A stretch of 64,000 bases of DNA, taken from positions 64,001-128,000 of the forward strand of contig JBBRLI010000005.1 of assembly GCA_038231455.1 (NCBI GenBank), read 5' to 3'. The notes under the pieces are model-generated. The model was not told the DNA's origin. It made no database searches and saw nothing but the letters and a program-made list of their open reading frames with translations. Both the position numbers and the translations under genes were made by a program. Shown here piece after piece: positions 16,378-25,700 of this stretch. The stretch comes from Vulcanimicrobiales bacterium. Lineage in GTDB: Bacteria > Vulcanimicrobiota > Vulcanimicrobiia > Vulcanimicrobiales > Vulcanimicrobiaceae. Positions within the stretch are counted from its first letter, which is position 1. Each line of letters starts with the position of its first letter.

Positions 16378-17367
16378 TTGAGCGCCACGGGGGTCCGGAT
16401 CGCCGGGGTCGGGCATTACCTCCCCGAGCGGATTCTCACCAACGCCGATCTCGAGCGGACGCTCGATACGAGCGATGAGTGGATATCCAGCCGGACCGGG
16501 ATTAAAGAACGACGCATGGCGCGCGCCGATGAAGCGACGAGCGACCTTGCCGTCGCCGCGGCGCGCAATTGTCTCGAACGCTCCAAGCTCCAGGCAAGCG
16601 ACATCGATCTGTATATCGTCGCAACCTGTTCGCCCGACATGCCATTTCCGGCAACCGGGTGCATCGTGGTTAGCAAGCTTGGCGTCGTTGGCAAACCCGC
16701 TTTCGATATGGAGATTGCGTGCAGCGGTTTCGTCTACGGCCTCACGATCGCGAGCAGCATGATTCGCGCGGGGGTTTATAATCGTGTCATGTTGATCGGT
16801 GCCGAGAAGCTTTCGGCGATCGTGAACTATGAAGACCGCGGAACCGCCATTCTCTTTGGCGACGGCGCGGGCGCGGTGATCCTCGAGCGCGCGGAGATCG
16901 ATTGCTTCCTTGCCTCGGATCTCGGATCCGATGGCACGACGCCCGGCTTCCTCATGGTGCCGGGCGGCGGGACGGTGGAGCCGATGTCGCAAGATTTGCT
17001 CGACGTCCATCGCGACAAGATTCACATGAACGGGACGGGCGTCTTCAAAGTCGCCGTTAACAAGATGGCCGAGAGCGCCAAAGCGGTGTTGCGCCGCGCG
17101 AACCTGACGCCAGCCGATTGCGACTTCATGATCCCGCATCAGGCCAATCGCCGGATCATCGATTCGGTCGCCAATATCTTGTCGTTGCCAGCGGAAAAAG
17201 TCATCATCAACGTGGAGCAGTACGGGAATACGTCGGCAGCGTCGATTCCGATCGCGCTCTCCGAAACCGAACTTGCCGGTAAGCTCAAAGCCGGCGATAT
17301 TATTGTCTTTGCTGCCTTCGGCGGTGGACTCTCGTGGGGCGCGGTCGCATGGAAGTGGGCAGCGTAG
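16378..17367 (+). CDS. fabH: 3-oxoacyl-ACP synthase III
   Basis: DTSDEWISSRTGIKERR, ACSGF, LFGDGAGA, PHQAN, YGNTSAAS. Confidence 0.97.
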   Translation: MSATGVRIAGVGHYLPERILTNADLERTLDTSDEWISSRTGIKERRMARADEATSDLAVAAARNCLERSKLQASDIDLYIVATCSPDMPFPATGCIVVSKLGVVGKPAFDMEIACSGFVYGLTIASSMIRAGVYNRVMLIGAEKLSAIVNYEDRGTAILFGDGAGAVILERAEIDCFLASDLGSDGTTPGFLMVPGGGTVEPMSQDLLDVHRDKIHMNGTGVFKVAVNKMAESAKAVLRRANLTPADCDFMIPHQANRRIIDSVANILSLPAEKVIINVEQYGNTSAASIPIALSETELAGKLKAGDIIVFAAFGGGLSWGAVAWKWAA

Positions 17368-18311
17368 TGCGCGTCGGCGTTATCTTTCCGGGTCAGGGAT
17401 CGCAAGTCGTCGGCATGGGCGCGGATGTTGCCGCGAGCAATTCCACCGCCGCCGCGCTTTTCGGCTCGGCAAAACGCGTGCTCGGCTACGATTTGCTGGC
17501 GATTGCGAAAAACGGACCGGAAGAGAAGCTACGCGAGACGCGCTACAGTCAACCCGCGATTTTCGTCGCGAATGTCGCGCTGCGTGCGGCAGTCGGCGAT
17601 GCGCTCGCGCCGGTCGTTACGGCGGGCCACTCGTTTGGCGAATTCTGCAGTCTGACGATCGCAAATGCGCTGCCGTTTGAATCGGCGCTCGCGCTCGTCA
17701 ACGAACGCGCTCTTGCGATGCAGCACGATGCCGAACAGGCGCCGGGTGGAATGTCGGCCGTGCTTGGCCTCGATCCCGACAAACTGCGCGCGGCGGTCGC
17801 TGCGGCGCGTGAGAAGACCGGCGGGCGCGTCGCGCTTGCGACGTTCAACGCGCCGGGACAAATCGTCATCAGCGGCGACCTCGACGCCGTGACGCTTGCG
17901 GGAACGCTCTCCCTCGAAGCGGGCGCAAAACGCGTCGTTCCGCTCAACGTTTCGGGCGCGTGGCACAGCGAACTGATGATCGAGGCGCGCGACCGATTTG
18001 CGAAGTACGTAACCGATGCATCGATCGTGATGCCGACCTTCACCGTTCTTTCGAACGTCGATGCAAAGCCGTACGAAGACGTCGCCACGATCAAGAAACA
18101 TCTCGTCGCCTCAGTCACCGAGCCCGTGATGTGGGATGACACCGCAAACGCGATGCTCGGCTACGAACTCGATCTCATCGTCGAATTTGGCGCGAGTCCC
18201 GTGCTTTCGCCGCTTGCGAAACGGTTGCCGAATGCGCCGAAAGTCATTCACGTCGGAGACGCCGCCGGCGTTGCGAAATTGCTCGAAACACTCGGAGCGA
18301 CGCCGGTCTAA
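17367..18311 (+). CDS. fabD: Malonyl-CoA:ACP transacylase
   Basis: FPGQGSQ, GHSFGE, VSGAWHS; GTG start overlaps the fabH stop. Confidence 0.96.
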   Translation: MRVGVIFPGQGSQVVGMGADVAASNSTAAALFGSAKRVLGYDLLAIAKNGPEEKLRETRYSQPAIFVANVALRAAVGDALAPVVTAGHSFGEFCSLTIANALPFESALALVNERALAMQHDAEQAPGGMSAVLGLDPDKLRAAVAAAREKTGGRVALATFNAPGQIVISGDLDAVTLAGTLSLEAGAKRVVPLNVSGAWHSELMIEARDRFAKYVTDASIVMPTFTVLSNVDAKPYEDVATIKKHLVASVTEPVMWDDTANAMLGYELDLIVEFGASPVLSPLAKRLPNAPKVIHVGDAAGVAKLLETLGATPV

Positions 18312-19057
18312 TGTTGAGCGGAAAGAGCGCGCTCGTCACGGGCGCAAGTCGCGGCATCGGCCGCGCGATCGCAGTTGACCTTGCGCGCAACGGCGCCGAT
18401 GTCGTGCTCATCGGCCGCGACCGCGCAGCGCTCGATGAAACGGTCGCCGCAGTTTCCGCCGCCCGGGCGGATGCAAAGACGCACGTCATCGTTGCCGACG
18501 TTTCCGACGAGGCTGCCGTGCAGGCAGCGGTCGCCGAGACGATCGCAACATTCGGCAAAGTCGATATCGCCGTCGCCAACGCCGGTCAGTCGATCGACGG
18601 CCTCATGCTGCGCTTTAAGAGCGCCGATCTCGATCGTCTCCTCGACGTCAATTTGAAGTCGGCATTCTACCTGTGCGCGGCAGTAACCAAGCCCATGGTG
18701 AAGGCCCGAAGCGGCGCGATCGTGCTCGTCTCGAGCATCGTCGGCGTGACGGGAAATGCCGGTCAGGCCGCCTATAGCGCCACGAAGGCCGGACTGCTGG
18801 GCCTCGCCCGCTCCTTAGCAAAGGAATTGGGGTCGAGGAACGTAAGAGTCAACGCCGTCGCCCCCGGTCTCATTGAGACGGCTATGACCGCCGAAATGCC
18901 GGAGGCAGCACGCGCCCACTATATGCAAACGATCCCGCTCGGACGTCCGGGTAACCCCGAAGATGTTAGCGGAGTCGTCACCTTCCTTTGCTCCGATGCT
19001 TCCCGCTACGTCACCGGTCAAACGATCGTTGTCGATGGCGGTCTCGTGATGTCATGA
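18311..19057 (+). CDS. fabG: 3-oxoacyl-ACP reductase
   Basis: TGASRGIG, GNAGQAAYSATK, VNAVAPG, VDGG; fab context. Confidence 0.96.
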   Translation: MLSGKSALVTGASRGIGRAIAVDLARNGADVVLIGRDRAALDETVAAVSAARADAKTHVIVADVSDEAAVQAAVAETIATFGKVDIAVANAGQSIDGLMLRFKSADLDRLLDVNLKSAFYLCAAVTKPMVKARSGAIVLVSSIVGVTGNAGQAAYSATKAGLLGLARSLAKELGSRNVRVNAVAPGLIETAMTAEMPEAARAHYMQTIPLGRPGNPEDVSGVVTFLCSDASRYVTGQTIVVDGGLVMS

Positions 19058-19083
19058 CCCCTACTCTTACGGAGAAACGATAA

Positions 19084-19329
<246 letters not shown>

Positions 19330-20658
19330 ATGTTCGAGCAGCTCAGCGATCGTCTAAGCACGATCTTCAACCGTCTTTCGGGACACGGTCGACTCAGTGA
19401 GTCGGACGTCGCTGAAGTATTGCGCGAAGTACGTATCGCTCTGCTCGAAGCCGACGTCAATCTTGCGGTCGCAAAAGAATTCGTTAATGCGATCAAAGAA
19501 AAGGCCGTCGGCACCGACGTTTTAACCTCCCTGACGCCGGGTCAAACCGTCGTCAAACTCGTCCATGACGAACTGGTCGAACTGATGGGCGGCGCGCAAG
19601 CACGCCTGCAGTTCAGCGATGCACCACCCTCCGTCATCATGATGGTCGGTCTGCAAGGTTCCGGTAAAACGACGCATACCGGAAAGCTTGCGATGCGGCT
19701 CAAAGAGCAGGGACGCAAGTCGCTGCTCATCGCCGCCGACGTGTATCGTCCCGCTGCAATCGCGCAGTTGCAGACGCTCGGCAAGCAGCTCGATCTTCCG
19801 GTCTACGATCAAGGTGCGGGCGACCCGGTCAAGATCGCAAAAGACGGCGTTGCCGAAGCAAAGCGTCTTGGCATCTCAACCGTCATCATCGATACCGCAG
19901 GCCGTCTGCAAATCGATGAGACGCTTATGGACGAGCTGGCAAAAATCAAAGCCGCCGTCAATCCCAAAGAAATTTTGTTCGTTGCCGATGCGATGACGGG
20001 CCAAGAAGCAACGGCCGTTGCCAAAGGCTTCAACGAACGTCTCGCGATCACGGGCGTCATCCTCACGAAGATGGATGGCGATGCCCGCGGCGGCGCGGCG
20101 CTCTCGATCCACAAACTAACCGGTGCGCCGATCAAGTTTGTCGGCGTCGGCGAGAAGCTCGCCGCCCTCGAACCGTTTTATCCCGATCGGCTTGCCTCGC
20201 GCATCCTCGGGATGGGCGACGTGCTCACGCTCATCGAGAAAACACAGTCCGTCTACTCGGAACAAGAGGCAAAAGACCTCGCCGAGAAGATGCGCAAATC
20301 GGCGTTCACACTCGACGATTTCCTCGGGCAGTTGCGAACCGTTCGCAAAATGGGCTCGATGAACGACATCATGAAGATGATCCCGGGTCTTTCCAAGGCG
20401 CTGCCGAATGTCGAAATCGACGAAAAAGACGTCCAAAAGGTTGAGGCGATCATTTGCTCGATGACGATGCGCGAACGCAATCGTCCCGAGGTGCTGAACG
20501 CCTCCCGCCGCAAGCGCATCGCCGCGGGCAGTGGAACCCAAGTGTCCGACGTGAACCGCCTCATCAAGCAGTTCGAGGGCGCGCGTCAGATGATGAAACA
20601 GTTCGGCGGCGGGAAACGCCCGCGACTCCCATTCCCCGGAATGGGCCTCGGCCGCTAA
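19330..20658 (+). CDS. ffh: Signal recognition particle protein
   Basis: [38 protein letters not shown], Met-rich M domain. Confidence 0.98.
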   Translation: MFEQLSDRLSTIFNRLSGHGRLSESDVAEVLREVRIALLEADVNLAVAKEFVNAIKEKAVGTDVLTSLTPGQTVVKLVHDELVELMGGAQARLQFSDAPPSVIMMVGLQGSGKTTHTGKLAMRLKEQGRKSLLIAADVYRPAAIAQLQTLGKQLDLPVYDQGAGDPVKIAKDGVAEAKRLGISTVIIDTAGRLQIDETLMDELAKIKAAVNPKEILFVADAMTGQEATAVAKGFNERLAITGVILTKMDGDARGGAALSIHKLTGAPIKFVGVGEKLAALEPFYPDRLASRILGMGDVLTLIEKTQSVYSEQEAKDLAEKMRKSAFTLDDFLGQLRTVRKMGSMNDIMKMIPGLSKALPNVEIDEKDVQKVEAIICSMTMRERNRPEVLNASRRKRIAAGSGTQVSDVNRLIKQFEGARQMMKQFGGGKRPRLPFPGMGLGR

Positions 20659-20699
20659 AACACTACAACCAAACCCAGCTAGAAAGTAAGAAGACAACC

Positions 20700-20993
20700 A
20701 TGGTCCGCATCCGACTCCGCCGCATGGGCGCGAAAAAACAGCCGACGTATCGTTTCGTCGTTTCCGACGCACGCTCGCCGCGCGACGGCCGCTTCATCGA
20801 AATCCTCGGCCACTACAACCCCCGCACCGAGCCCAAGACTGTCGTCATCAACGAAGACAAGGTCAAAGAATGGCTCGCCAAGGGCGCACAGCCGAGCGAT
20901 CCGGTTCGCCGTCTCCTGGCCGAAAAAGGCCTCGTGGAACGCGGCTTCATTTCGCCGACCAAGAGAAAGCCAAAGTCCGAGAAGGCTGAGTAG
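20700..20993 (+). CDS. rpsP: 30S ribosomal protein S16
   Basis: [44 protein letters not shown] at 20700. Confidence 0.98.
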   Translation: MVRIRLRRMGAKKQPTYRFVVSDARSPRDGRFIEILGHYNPRTEPKTVVINEDKVKEWLAKGAQPSDPVRRLLAEKGLVERGFISPTKRKPKSEKAE

Positions 20994-20995
20994 AC

Positions 20996-21550
20996 TTGTC
21001 CGCCTTCGACGACGAGTTCGGTCTCTTCGGGGATGATGAACCGAAGGAAGACGAAGAACGCAAACCCACCCTCGGCGCGCGCAAAATCGCCTCCGACGAG
21101 ACGACCGGTGATGGAGATATCGAGCCCGAGGACGACCGTCCGCGCCGGCCGCGCCGCAGCATGGACGACGGCCCGCCCGGTTCGCGTCCGCGTTTTGGCG
21201 GCGACCGCGGTGGACCGCGTCGCGAACGCGCTCCGCGTCCGCAGCTAGCGCCGGAAGTCTCCGAAGCACGCGCGATCGAGTTGCTGACGTTCCTTGCTAA
21301 AAAACTCGTCGCTGCGCCCGAAAAAGTGGTCGTGGTGACGGTTGAAGGCGATCGTGGCCCGGTCATCGAGCTCGAAGTCGATCCCGACGATCTCGGAAAA
21401 GTCATCGGTCGCGGCGGACGTGTCGCGCAAGCCTTGCGGACCCTGGTTCGCGCGGGCGCCGAAGGCCGTGTGACGGTCGACATTGTCGACTCCGAGGATA
21501 CGGAAGATCCCGCCAGTGGCGACCCCGGCGAACCCGAAGACGAAGCCTAG
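20996..21550 (+). CDS. khpA: KH-domain RNA-binding protein (KhpA/YlqC) with long disordered N-terminal extension
   Basis: LELEVDPDDLGKVIGRGGRVAQALRTL-type KH core; canonical position between rpsP and rimM. Confidence 0.88.
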   Translation: MSAFDDEFGLFGDDEPKEDEERKPTLGARKIASDETTGDGDIEPEDDRPRRPRRSMDDGPPGSRPRFGGDRGGPRRERAPRPQLAPEVSEARAIELLTFLAKKLVAAPEKVVVVTVEGDRGPVIELEVDPDDLGKVIGRGGRVAQALRTLVRAGAEGRVTVDIVDSEDTEDPASGDPGEPEDEA

Positions 21551-22061
21551 ACTTCGAGCCGGCCGCATCGCGGGGATCTTCGGACTCCGTGGTGAGCTTA
21601 AGCTCGATCCAACGCGGATCGGTGCCGACGCCGTCGGTCCGGGCTCGGAACTTGAGGCCACTCTCCCCGATGGGCGTGTACGCGATCTGCGCGTGCGCGC
21701 TCTGCGCATTCATAAAAGTCGCCCGCTCATCACGTGCGATGGCGTCGACGATGCAAATTCCGCCGAGGCGCTCGTCGGCGCGACGCTGACGATTGCGCGC
21801 ACGGACGTCGCGCTCGAGCGAGGCGAGTATCTCGATGACGATTTAATCGGCTGTGCGCTCGTGGATGCCGATGGCAACGAGCTTGCGCGCGTGGTCAATG
21901 TGATGCACACGGCCGCGCAGGATTTGCTGGTGCTGCGCGAAGGCGAATCGTACGTGCCGCTGGTTGCGCAGTTCGTTGGGCGGATCGACGTCAATGCGAA
22001 AACGATTCGCGTAACGTTACCGCCCGGCTTACTCGATAGCGCCGAAGCGGAAACGGCTTAG
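21483..22061 (+). CDS. rimM: Ribosome maturation factor RimM
   Basis: GRIAGIFGLRGELK, EYLDDDLIGC, AQDLLV, YVPLV..FV..IDV. Start may be GTG 21516; it overlaps khpA either way. Confidence 0.93.
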   Translation: MSTPRIRKIPPVATPANPKTKPRLRAGRIAGIFGLRGELKLDPTRIGADAVGPGSELEATLPDGRVRDLRVRALRIHKSRPLITCDGVDDANSAEALVGATLTIARTDVALERGEYLDDDLIGCALVDADGNELARVVNVMHTAAQDLLVLREGESYVPLVAQFVGRIDVNAKTIRVTLPPGLLDSAEAETA

Positions 22062-23221
22062 CGCTTTTTCCGCGGCGTAAGGTACGCGCCCGTGGCCATG
22101 CCGACGACGCGATCGATCGCGGTCTGCCAGTCGCGATCGCCGCTTGCATCTTGGTCGAACGACTTCTTGTAGATCGACTTGCCGTTGCAATCGTAGACGG
22201 AAAACTCAATGATGGCGGTCGTCGACTTGCCGTATGCCGGATCGCCCGGCTTTGTCGCAAGCGTGCCGCCAATTGCGCGCGTTGCCCCGTTGGTCTCGCA
22301 GAGCTGCGGGTTCACTTGTCCGGCGCTTGTCGGGACGCCATGAAGTTTGCGACGATCGAGTTCGGCCGCAATCTGCGTCGTCGCGTAATCGCGGCGCTCG
22401 GAATCGGCCGTGCCGCCAAACGCAAGAACGAGATAATTCCCGTCGGCAGTCGGCGCGGCAACGGCGACTGCGACGGGCGTCGGCGTGCTGCGCGGCGCCG
22501 GAGGGGCGGTCGTCGTGGCAACGGCACGCGCTTGAGCCGTCGCGACGGCCTTGGGTGCCATCGTGTTCAATGGCGCAAGAGTCGTTACGGGCTCCGGCGA
22601 GACGATCGCAATTGGAGTCGGCGATTTCGTCGGTTCGGCTGCGGGTTTGGGGGCGGCTTTCTTTTTCTTGAAGAGTCCGCCGAAGTTTGCTTGGCTCGAG
22701 TCGTTCGTCGCGGCGGGCGCGGGTGTCGCGGGCGGCGGCGTTGCGAACTGCTCGTACGCCGCGATATTGCGGCCCTGGTGGCGCAAGATTGCCGTCCGCA
22801 AGATATCGCCCTGGCCGCCGGCTTCGGCGTAGGTCTTGATCTGCGCGGTGTTGCTGAAGGCAACGATGCCGGTCTGTGCGCTGACGACTTGCTCGACCAC
22901 GGTGACTTCATCACCGATCGGCGTCACGTAGCCGCTGAGGTAATAGTCCGCGTTTGCGTTCCGCGCGGTTGTGAGGAAGTCGGCGCGCAGCGTGCCGGGC
23001 GGTCCGGGCTTGACCGTCACCCCGCCGATCTGGGCGATTTGCTCTCCAATTAAGACGGCAAGGCGCGCGCCGGATTCTTTTTGCGCATCGCCGTTCACGG
23101 TGAACGGATAGACGAGCAAGACCGGGGGCGGCAGAATTGGCGCCGCACCGATCACGAAAACGCAGAGAAACGCCAAGGCGCCGAAAGCACGTACAAAACG
23201 AAGCACGATTGGCATCTTCAA
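22058..23221 (-). CDS. Exported hypothetical protein: two alpha/beta (TolB-N/CsgG-like) domains joined by a Pro/Ala/Thr linker
   Basis: N-terminal hydrophobic signal; two segments starting LLVYPF / YLVLAF and ending in GYVT / GGTL strands; long PAT-rich linker. Fold call is by eye. Confidence 0.65.
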   Translation of the reverse strand: MKMPIVLRFVRAFGALAFLCVFVIGAAPILPPPVLLVYPFTVNGDAQKESGARLAVLIGEQIAQIGGVTVKPGPPGTLRADFLTTARNANADYYLSGYVTPIGDEVTVVEQVVSAQTGIVAFSNTAQIKTYAEAGGQGDILRTAILRHQGRNIAAYEQFATPPPATPAPAATNDSSQANFGGLFKKKKAAPKPAAEPTKSPTPIAIVSPEPVTTLAPLNTMAPKAVATAQARAVATTTAPPAPRSTPTPVAVAVAAPTADGNYLVLAFGGTADSERRDYATTQIAAELDRRKLHGVPTSAGQVNPQLCETNGATRAIGGTLATKPGDPAYGKSTTAIIEFSVYDCNGKSIYKKSFDQDASGDRDWQTAIDRVVGMATGAYLTPRKKR

Positions 23222-24093
23222 GCGCGGAACCGAATCGCCTCGCTAATCGGCGTGACGCTCGCTCCCGTTGCCCCTTCGCCCGCGAGGCGGCTGCGGAGAT
23301 CGTCGGCCTCCCATTCGGCACAGAATTGGGCGCCGAATAAAAAGATCGCGCCCATCAAATAAATCCAGAAGAGCAACGCAAGAATCGCCGATGCTACACC
23401 GTAAATGTGCAACACCGATGTGCTTGTTGTGTACACCGCGAAGGCGATTTGTACAACCTCAAAGAGGATGGCTGCAACCACCGCCCCCGGGATTGCAAAA
23501 TGAATGTCGGCTTTGCGGTTCGGCAAGACGGCATAGAGAATTGCCGTTACGATAAAGACGAGCACGACGGCGAGCGTGTAACCGCCGACTTCGGAGACGC
23601 CGCGCAGGTTCGGCAAGGTTGTGAAGCGCACGATAAACGAGATGACCAGCGGAAGCGCGGTCGCGCCGATAAGAAAGATTCCAGCGACCGGCAACATCAC
23701 GATCGAGCGGAGAAGATCGTGCAGATAGGGTCGCGCGGCAGGGATGCCGAGCGCTCGATCGAGCGCGTATGCAAGTGCGCTGAAGAGATTCTTGCCGCTC
23801 CAAATCAAGCTGACAAAGCCGATAATGCCCGAAATATTGCGCAGCTTCACCACGTTTGCGAAGTTATCGGAAACCGTGCCGCTCAGCGCCGGCGCAAGGT
23901 CGCCGATCAAGAGCAAGAAGCGCCGCTGGCCTTCGCTATCTCCGTAGATGAAACCGAGCAGCGAGATCGCAAGCAGCACGAGCGGAATCAGCGCGAAGAG
24001 CGCGTTGAACGCGAGCGCTTGGGCGAGAAACGAGCTGCCGTCGCGTGCGAACTTCAGACCGGCCGCACGACCGACGCGAAAAACTTTTGGCAA
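23218..24093 (-). CDS. YihY/virulence factor BrkB family membrane protein
   Basis: AQALAFNALFALIPL, LYAVLP, PGAVVA, IYG…LLFWIYL..IFLFGAQ. Confidence 0.92.
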   Translation of the reverse strand: MPKVFRVGRAAGLKFARDGSSFLAQALAFNALFALIPLVLLAISLLGFIYGDSEGQRRFLLLIGDLAPALSGTVSDNFANVVKLRNISGIIGFVSLIWSGKNLFSALAYALDRALGIPAARPYLHDLLRSIVMLPVAGIFLIGATALPLVISFIVRFTTLPNLRGVSEVGGYTLAVVLVFIVTAILYAVLPNRKADIHFAIPGAVVAAILFEVVQIAFAVYTTSTSVLHIYGVASAILALLFWIYLMGAIFLFGAQFCAEWEADDLRSRLAGEGATGASVTPISEAIRFRA

Positions 24094-24113
24094 AGGGCCT
24101 CGGTGCGGACGTT

Positions 24114-24671
24114 ATGATCGCCGTTTTGGCCGCGGCGATCATCCTCAATGGGTCGACGTACATTTCGCGTGTGCCGCCGCTCCTCGACGACGGTTCCGTC
24201 GCCGTTGCGGTCACTCCCGCTCTGACCCGGATCGTTCCGAGCATTTCCAGCGACCCCGACACCGGGCGCATTGTCTTTGCAAATTCTCAGCATCATGCGG
24301 AGATGCAGATTGGCGGACGGACCGCGCGAGTCGACGGTCGCGAAGTTTCCCTCGCATTCGCACCGTTCTCGCGAGCCGGCGAGGTATTCGTCCCCCTTGC
24401 AGACGTCGTCCGCGCGTTCGGAGGATCGATTGCCGAGGATGCAACGACCAAACGCATCTTGGTCTCGACGAATGAGTCCCTGCCGATCGCCACGATGGCT
24501 CCCTTTGATCCGCGTACTCGACAAGTCACGCCGCAAGTGATCTTTACGCCTCAACCAAAAGTGACGCCGCGTCCCGAAGTCAGCGGCTCACCGACCCCGC
24601 GTCGAACGCCAATCCCGGTTATTCCGTCACGACCCGACCCGACACAAGGTTCGATTGCACCGTTGTTCTAA
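24114..24671 (+). CDS. Exported protein with copper amine oxidase N-terminal-like (stalk) domain and Pro-rich tail
   Basis: MQIGGRTARVDGREVSL..APF…GEVFVPLADVVRAFGG pattern; start set at ATG 24114. Confidence 0.75.
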   Translation: MIAVLAAAIILNGSTYISRVPPLLDDGSVAVAVTPALTRIVPSISSDPDTGRIVFANSQHHAEMQIGGRTARVDGREVSLAFAPFSRAGEVFVPLADVVRAFGGSIAEDATTKRILVSTNESLPIATMAPFDPRTRQVTPQVIFTPQPKVTPRPEVSGSPTPRRTPIPVIPSRPDPTQGSIAPLF

Positions 24672-24709
24672 ATCGTTACGAGTTGCTTTTCGAACCGGAG
24701 GTGTGGTCG

Positions 24710-25405
24710 GTGAAAAAGACGCTTGCTGCGTTGCTTCTAGCAACGACGGTTCTTTTGACTTCTGTTCCCGCGAGCGCTAAGGCTCGAATCATCGCGGTCT
24801 TTGCGTTGCGCTCGACAGCCGAGGACGCACCCGCTGCATTGGCGATTACGAAGGCCATTCTGTCGCGCATCGGTTCGCTCGATGGTTACGATGCCGTCTT
24901 GCCGTCCGTTCCCTCGGGGGCGAACAGCGGCGCAACGGCTGCGACTCTTGGAGCAGAGTCGTACATTGTCGGACAGATAACGGCGGCCGAGGGTGATACG
25001 TTCGCGATCGTTGCTACGGAAGAACTCGATATCGAGGGTATGGTGATCGTCGAAAAAGGCGCCAAAGGACAAGGCACGATTGCCATGGTCGAGGGCGCCG
25101 GAAGCAACGGCCACGCCGGGAAGCTCGGATTGCAATACGACTACGTCACGGCCTCCGACGGGAACAAGATCAAACTTTCGAACACGCAGCACACCGACCA
25201 AGGCGAAGGTCAAGCCGGCAAAGCGTCAACGGCGACCGTCGCTACGTATCTCTTGCTCGGACCGCTCGGACTCTTCGCGCACAATTTTGTACGCGGCAAA
25301 GACCTAACGATCGATGAGAAGACGAAGCTCACCGCGTTCGTCGACACCACGGTTCATGTCATTGGTGCACGGAAGGCCCAAGCCGGTGCTGGCTACGCGA
25401 AATAA
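24710..25405 (+). CDS. Exported hypothetical protein, apparently chimeric (partial TolB-N-like domain plus TrbI/VirB10-like beta domain)
   Basis: GGAGG RBS, GTG start, signal peptide ending ASA; C-terminal half GDTF…VIVEKGAKGQGTI…GKLGLQYDYV…DG..IKL with a Gly-rich hydrophobic hairpin. Confidence 0.65.
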   Translation: MKKTLAALLLATTVLLTSVPASAKARIIAVFALRSTAEDAPAALAITKAILSRIGSLDGYDAVLPSVPSGANSGATAATLGAESYIVGQITAAEGDTFAIVATEELDIEGMVIVEKGAKGQGTIAMVEGAGSNGHAGKLGLQYDYVTASDGNKIKLSNTQHTDQGEGQAGKASTATVATYLLLGPLGLFAHNFVRGKDLTIDEKTKLTAFVDTTVHVIGARKAQAGAGYAK

Positions 25406-25409
25406 TCGC

Positions 25410-25664
25410 TCAGAGTTGTGCGTCGGTTAGGCTCTTCACAACGGCTTGAACGCGTGGACTTTCCCACCAGTTGAGGATGACGGCCTCGGCGGTGTGAATC
25501 CCGCGGAGGCGGTCAACGTGGCCCTCGATCGCGGTGCGATCGGGGGCTTCGCTTTGCCAAGCCGTGTGCAGGTCATCGGCTGCGGCGAGCCCCTGTGGAT
25601 CATCGCCGAGAGCGCTGCGGAGTTCGTCGAGCGGGACGGAGGGGCGATCGTTATCGTTCATCAT
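25410..25664 (-). CDS. Small acidic helical hypothetical protein
   Basis: Protein-like composition; fits the gap downstream of the large BNR protein on the same strand. Confidence 0.65.
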   Translation of the reverse strand: MMNDNDRPSVPLDELRSALGDDPQGLAAADDLHTAWQSEAPDRTAIEGHVDRLRGIHTAEAVILNWWESPRVQAVVKSLTDAQL

Positions 25665-25700
25665 TCTCGTGTACCCTGTGTGGGAGAGAAAGTCTCGCGA

